From positions 1 to 43,473 of the forward strand of contig JAUCBJ010005598.1 of NCBI GenBank assembly GCA_032718475.1: a stretch of DNA of 43,473 nucleotides, read 5' to 3'. The stretch's first letter is position 1. The number at the start of each line of letters is the position of its first letter. A program made the translations under genes and the position numbers. Below the pieces are notes generated by a model. It worked only from the letters and a program-made list of their open reading frames with translations, was not told the DNA's origin and did not search any database. The DNA is from Nemertoderma westbladi (taxonomy: Eukaryota; Animalia; Xenacoelomorpha). Shown piece by piece: positions 36,441 through 43,473 of the stretch.

Positions 36441-36578
36441 ATGTCCGCCTATACTGGACCACCCGTCGGAGATCCTCTCTGGCCTTATTTCTCGCAAGTC
36501 GCCGGGGTAGACGGACAAATAGATCCGGATGAATTGCAAAGATGTTTAACACAAAGTGGCATATCTGGTACATATCAG
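36441..36578 (+). CDS. SRI: Sorcin/grancalcin-like penta-EF-hand protein, first coding exon
   Basis: [46 protein letters not shown] matches sorcin [39 protein letters not shown] start context and CAG|GTGGGT donor. Not in the ORF track. Confidence 0.9.
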
Positions 36579-36725
36579 GTGGGTTGCATTGTTTAATGGG
36601 GAGTGTTATCGGTATAATATAGGCCTATACCAGTCCCTATAATATAGGCTATCTATGAAGTCCAATGTAATACAGTATCTCAGTTGGTTTAAATAACGGT
36701 ATTATTTATGTATTTTGTTTTGCAG

Positions 36726-36854
36726 CCTTTTAGTTTGGAAACTAGTCGTATAATGATAGCAATGTTGGATAGGGATGCTTCCGGTAAGATGGGTTTCAAT
36801 GAGTTCAAAGAATTATGGGCCGCCTTAAATCAGTGGAAAAATTCCTTTATGCAG
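36726..36854 (+). CDS. SRI: Sorcin/grancalcin-like protein, second coding exon (EF2)
   Basis: TTTTGCAG| [43 protein letters not shown] |GTAAAG, phase 0-0. Remaining exons not found in the window. Confidence 0.92.
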
Positions 36855-37904
36855 GTAAAGTTTACCTCTTATTTCTTTATTACTTTTTATATTACTTTAT
36901 TTCACTACTATTACTTTAATATATACTAATTCAATTATTAATTATATGTTCAGATATTATAAGATATTATAAATATATTTCGGGCACAAATAATGTCCAT
37001 TATCAATATAATAAGTACTGGAATAGGTACAACTATCAGGTCTAAAAAACTTTTCCAAAATTAATATATACTGATATTCTCTTTATACACTACTTTTACT
37101 TTATTTTACAAGTATCACTTTATTGCATAGTTATTTTATTATATACTCTCTATACATTATTTTATTACGCAATGAATTTATTTCACTATAACGTTATTAT
37201 ACTTGTACTTTATTGCACTACTGTATTTCTATTATTATTACATCACTCATTTAATATTAACATTAATTAAAATTAAAGGAGAAACACCATCAAGGTACAA
37301 TTCGCGTAAATGCTACTGTTACGCTTATAGGTGGTTGGTTACATACATAACAGGTGGTTACATACATTCTGTGTTACCTTATTATATTATGTTACTTTAG
37401 TACATTGTGTTACTTTATTACACCGTGTTACTTTATTGCACTCATGACCTAGGCCAACTAAAGATACTGAACCAGTACTGGTTTGGTATTTAATGTTTAT
37501 TTTCTATGTGTCTATCTATAGATTGAATAAAAGGCAAATAATTAAAAATTTTATGTAGCTGTATTTTTAAAACAATAGCTACATATAAAAATGCTACTGG
37601 TAGCTACCATAACAAAAATACTAACTACCAAAAAGAGTGCCAGCCAAGAAGATTCAAGAAAAATATGCCAAAAAAATTATTGGACAGAACTAATTGGTTT
37701 AATACAAAATGTCCAAAAATCGTCACACTTGCTTTACTAGGGGCAGGTTACAGTGACATGTTATTCTAACCAAAACAATAACCGATAATCAATAGCATAC
37801 TGTTGAGGCTACAGTTTAAGTTTTGGTAGTAATCAGCTGTACTGAAAAATAAATACTGAATTACCGGTACTGTATTATATATTACGCATAGTAGTACCCT
37901 CGAG

Positions 37905-39256
37905 AGAACAGGATGATCTGCCGCACATACGAGTGATGCCAAACACATAACAGGACAATCTGCGGCACATACGAGCGATGCCAAACATAACAGGACGATC
38001 TGCCAGCTGCCACACATACTGATGCCAAATATAACAGGACGATCTGCCACACATACGACCGATGCCAAACACATAACAGGATGATCTGCCACACATACGA
38101 GCAATGCCTGCCACACATACGAGCAATGCCAAACACATAACAGGACGATCTGCTGCACATACGAGCGATGCCAAACACATAACAGGATGATCTGCCAGCT
38201 GCCACACATACTAGTGATGCCAAATACAACAGGATGATCTGCCACACATACGAGCGATGCCAAACACATAACAGGATGATCTGCCACACATACGAGCGAT
38301 GCCAAACACATAACAGGACGATCTGCTGCACATACGAGCGATGCCAAACACATAACAGGATGATCTGCCAGCTGCCACACATACTAGCGATGCCAAACAC
38401 ATAACAGGACGATTTGCCACACATACGAGCGATGCCAAACACATAACAGGATGATCTGCCACACATACGAGCGATGCCAAACACATAACAGGACGATCTG
38501 CTGCATATACGAGCGATGCCAAACACATAACAGGATGATCTGCCTCACATACGAGCGATGCCAAACACATAACAGGTCGATCTGCCGCACATACAAGCAT
38601 GCCAAACACATAGGACGATCTGCCACACATACGAGCGATGCCAAACACATAACAGGATGATCTGCCACACATACGAGCGATGCCAAACATAACAAGACGA
38701 TCTGCTGCACATACGAGCGATGCCAAACACATAACAGGATGATCTGCCAGCTGCCACACATACTAGCGATGCCAAACACATAACAGGACGATCTGCCACA
38801 CATACGAGCGATGCCAAACACATAACAGGATGATCTGCCAGCTGCCACACATACGAGCGATGCCAAACACATAACAGGATGATCTGCCTGCTGCCACACA
38901 TACTAGCGATGCCAAACACATAACAGGACGATCTGCTTGACATATGAGCGATGCCAAACACATAACAGGACGATCTGCCTGACATACGAGCGATGCCAAA
39001 CACATAACAGGACGATCTGCCTGACATACGAGCGATGCCAAACACATAACAGGACGATCTGCCACACATACGAGCGATGCCAAACACATAACAGGACGAT
39101 CTGCTGCACATACGGGCGATGCCAAACACATAACAGGACGATCTGCTGCACATACGAGCGATGCCAAACACATAACAGGACGATCTGCTGCACATACTAG
39201 CGATGGCAAACACATGACAGTACGATCTGCCTGACATACGAGCGATGCCAAACACA
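37905..39256. repeat. 42-bp minisatellite (CATACGAGCGATGCCAAACACATAACAGGACGATCTGCCACA) with 49-bp variants, ~31 copies
   Basis: Periodicity seen directly. A GCTGCCA insertion marks the longer units. Confidence 0.97.
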
Positions 39257-39814
39257 TTGAACGGCGGGATATGGAGGAATTTTTGTCCATGTCCAATAAT
39301 CATTCACAAAGAGGATTACCATTGTTCACTTCACATTACAGTTCTCATCAATGGCCTACTATATTTATACGGTCTAACAGATCACTTGAAGTGGCCTCTT
39401 AAAAAGAGGCCAGTTTTTTGTACTATACCGGTATTTTGAAAATATGGGGAGAGTTCTATAAATTTAATTTGCTGCAGTTTGGTCAATGGGCGTAATTGAA
39501 GTATCCTCGTTAAGCAAGATACTAAATTTTATGGTAGCTCACTAGCTAGTGTTTTAGGTAGGTTTAGCTAGTAATTTCGACACTGGTTCCGACATCGTAC
39601 TTCATTCTATAAATATTTTGTAGTAGCTAGTTCTTATTACTATGTGTATAAAATGTTCCAGAACATGTTAGCTATTAATTAAAAAATATAATGTTCTAGA
39701 GCAAATATTTTTTGTTCTACAACATTTTTTAGAAAAAATCTTAGATTCTATTTATAACGCATGGAATCGTTCTAAAAACGTGTTCGAAATCAATAAAAAA
39801 AATGTGAAAAAAAC

Positions 39815-40688
39815 TGTTGTTTAATTACACGGGGATACTTTATTACACTGTGTTGCTTTATCACACTGTGTTGTTTTATTACGTGTTGCTTTATTACACT
39901 GTGTTATTTTATTACACTTTGTTACTTTATTACACTGTGTTACTTTATTACACTGCGTTGCTTTATTACACATTATTACTTTATTACACTGTGTTACTTT
40001 ATTACACTGTGATGCTTTATTACACTGCGTTGTTTTATTACACTGTGTTGCTTTATTAGACTTTGTTATTTTATTACAATGTGTTACTTTATTACACTGT
40101 GTTACTTTATTACACTGCGTTGCTTTATTACACCTTGTTACTTTATTACACTGTGTTACTTTATTACACTGTGTTGCTTTATTATACTGCGTTGTTTTAT
40201 TACACTGTGTTACTTTATTATACTGTGTTACTTTATTACACTGTGTTTCTTTATTACACTGTGTTGCTTTATTACACTGCGTTGTTTTATTACACTGTGT
40301 TACTTTATTACATTGCGTTGCTTTATTACACCTTATTACTTTATTACACTGTGTTACTTTATTACACTGTGTTGCTTTATTATACTGCGTTGTTTTATTA
40401 CACTGTGTTACTTTATTATACTGTGTTACTTTATTACACTGTGTTTCTTTATTACACTGTGTTGCTTTATTACACCTTGTTACTTTATTACACTGTGTTA
40501 TTTTATTACACTGTGTTACTTTATTACACTGCGTTGCTTTATTACACCTTGTTACTTTATTACACTGTGTTATTTTATTACACTGTGTTGCTTTATTACA
40601 CTGTGTTACTATATTACACTGTGTTGCTTTATTCCATTGTGTTGTTTTATTACACTGTGTTACTTTATTACACTGTGTTATTTTATTA
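39815..40688. repeat. 18-bp minisatellite (TACTTTATTACACTGTGT), ~48 copies; degenerate relatives at 36870-37445
   Basis: Periodicity seen directly; it explains the YYTVLL ORFs. Confidence 0.97.
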
Positions 40689-43473
40689 ATAAATTATTGC
40701 AGAAAAACACCAATGATTTTGACATGGCTTTAATACTTCATTATGTTCATGAAATAGCTGAGATATTTGATGTGAATTATTGCATTACATAATAACTTTA
40801 GCTCCAGCCACTTTAGCAATACGATGAAACAATAATAAATATTCTAGGACACAACAATATTAATAGGGAGATAGGCTACTTATCTTTCCACTCATACAAC
40901 CACAGATAGGGGATGTTCTGACACAATCAAAATTCATCCATCTCCAGCGGAAAGACGTAGCAAATAATAGCTGATTACTTCTATAAATGTAAGTGTTACC
41001 TGTTCTTTTGACGTTCATTTAAGATTCTCTATCTCGTGGAGTGGGATAGAAGTTATAAATATGAAAATCGATATGGTTTTAGAAAAAAATCAGAGGATAT
41101 TTTGATAAATTATTGCAGAAAAACACCAAGGATTTTGACATGGCTTTAATACTTCATTATGTTCATGAAATAGCTGAGATATTTGAGGTGAATTATTGTA
41201 TTATGAGTTAACTTCAGCTCCAGTCACTTTGGCAATACGATGAAATTATAAAAAATATTGTAGAACACAACAATATTAATAGGGAGATAGGCTACTTATC
41301 TCTCCACTCAGAAAGCCACAGATAGGGGGTGTTCTGACACAATCAAAATTCATTCATCTCCAGCGGAAAGACGTAGCAAATAACAGCTGATTACTTCTAT
41401 AAATGTAAGTGTTACCTGTTCTTTTGACGTTCATTTAAGATTCTCTATCTCGTGGAGTGGGATAGAAGTTATAAATATGAAAATCGATATGGTTTTGAAA
41501 AAAATCAGAGGATATTTTGATAAATTATTGCAGAAAAACACCAAGGATTTTGACATGGCTTTAATACTTCATTATGTTCATGAAATAGCTGAGATATTTG
41601 AGGTGAATTATTGTATTATGAGTTAACTTCAGCTCCAGTCACTTTGGCAATACGATGAAATTATAAAAAATATTGTAGAACACAACAATATTAATAGGGA
41701 GATAGGCTACTTATCTCTCCACTCAGAAAGCCACAGATAGGGGGTGTTCTGACACAATCAAAATTCATTCATCTCCAGCGGAAAGACGTAGCAAATAACA
41801 GCTGATTACTGCTATAAATGTAAGTGTTACCTGTTCTTTTGACGTTCATTTAAGATTCTCTATCTCGTGGAGTGGAATAGAAGTTATAAATATGAAAATC
41901 GATATGGTTTTTGTAAAAAATCAGAGGATATTTTGATAAATTATTGCAGAAAAACACCAATGATTTTGACATGGCTTTAATACTTCATTATGTTCATGAA
42001 ATAGCTGAGATATTTGAGGTGAATTATTGCATTACATAATAACTTTAGCTCCAGCCACTTTAGCAATACGATGAAACTATAATAAATATTCTAGAACACA
42101 ACAATATTAATACGGAAACAGGATACTTATCTCTCCACTCATACAACCACAGATAGGGGGTGTTCTGACACAATCTAAATTCATTCATCTCCAGCGGAAA
42201 GACGTAGCAAATAACAGCTGATTACTGCTATAAATGTAAGTGTTACCTGTTCTTTTGACGTTCATTTAAGATTCTCTATCTCGTGGAGTGGGATAGAAGT
42301 TATAAATATGAAAATCGATATGGTTTTTGTAGAAAATCAGAGGATATTTTGATAAATTATTGCAGAAAAACACCAAGGATTTTGACATGGCTTTAATACT
42401 TCATTATGTTCATGAACTTGCTGAGAAATTGAGGTGAATTATTGTATTATGAGTTAACTTCAGCTCCAGTCACTTTGGCAATACGATGAAATTATAAAAA
42501 ATATTGTAGAACACAACAATATTAATAGGGAGATAGGCTACTTATCTCTCCACTCAGAAAGCCACAGATAGGGGGTGTTCTGACACAATCAAAATTCATC
42601 CATCTCCAGCGGAAAGACGTAGCAAATAACAGCTGATTACTTCTATAAATGTAAGTGTTACCTGTTCTTTTGACGTTCATTTAAGATTCTCTATCTCGTG
42701 GAGTGGGATAGAAGTTATAAATATGAAAATCGATATGGTTTTTGAAAAAAATGAGAGGATATTTTGATAAATTATTGCAGAAAAACACCAATGATTTTGA
42801 CATGGCTTTAATACTTCATTATGTTCATGAAATAGCTGAGATATTTGAGGTGAATTATTGCATTACATAATAACTTTAGCTCCAGCCACTTTAGCAATAC
42901 GATGAAACTATAATAAATATTCTAGAACACAACAATATTAATAGGGAGATAGGCTACTTATCTTTCCACTCATACAACCACAGATAGGGGGTGTTCTGAC
43001 ACAATCAAAATTCATCCATCTCCAGCGGAAAGACGTAGCAAATAATAGCTGATTACTTCTATAAATGTAAGTGTTACCTGTTCTTTTGACGTTCATTTAA
43101 GATTATCTATCTCGTGGAGTGGGATAGAAGTTATAAATATGAAAATCGATATGGTTTTTGAAAAAAATCAGAGGAAATTTTGATAAATTATTGCAGAAAA
43201 ACACCAATGATTTTGACATGGCTTTAATACTTCATTATGTTCATGAAATAGATGAGATATTTGAGGTGAATTATTGCATTACATAATAACTTTAGCTCCA
43301 GCCACTTTAGCAATACGATGAAACAATAATAAATATTCTAGAACACAACAATATTAATACGGAAACAGGATACTTATCTCTCCACTCATACAACCACAGA
43401 TAGGGGGTGTTCTGACACAATCTAAATTCATTCATCTCCAGCGGAAAGACGTAGCAAATAACAGCTGATTACT
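40689..43473. repeat. 415-416-bp satellite, >6.5 copies, running off the window edge
   Basis: ATAAATTATTGCAGAAAAACACC at 40689, 41105, 41520, 41936, 42352, 42767 and 43183. Confidence 0.97.

Noticed and set aside
37766-40792. Many long Cys/Tyr/His-rich ORFs on both strands
   Set aside because: They are translations of 42-bp and 18-bp tandem repeats, open in several frames at once, with no domain evidence.

Overview
AT-rich eukaryotic DNA, most likely from an invertebrate animal (GT-AG introns, animal transposon families), dominated by transposable elements and tandem repeats. There is no prokaryotic operon or CRISPR array. Two host genes point away from each other: a STAM-like VHS-domain exon (minus, 9811-10001) and two sorcin/grancalcin-type penta-EF-hand exons (plus, 36441-36854). 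The rest of both genes was not found in the window. Mobile elements: an internally deleted BEL/Pao LTR element whose frame stays open (1-1599); LINE fragments (RTEX-like, CR1, others); MITEs with clear TSDs; Helitron/Helentron-type non-autonomous elements; a 7.3-kb Mutator-like foldback element (23775-31097, 9-bp TSD) carrying nested insertions; and an apparently intact, spliced hAT (hATm-like) transposon (32620-36306, predicted 781-aa transposase) ending 134 bp before the sorcin ATG. Satellites have units of about 36, 42, 16, 42, 18 and 416 bp. Most notable patterns: micro-insertions at TA sites (TACAGTA, TACCGGTA, TAGGCCTA) visible by comparing repeat copies, and RFX X-box-like motifs phased every ~153 bp inside a tandem Helentron-like element. 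Family names come from motif recognition by eye, not database searches.
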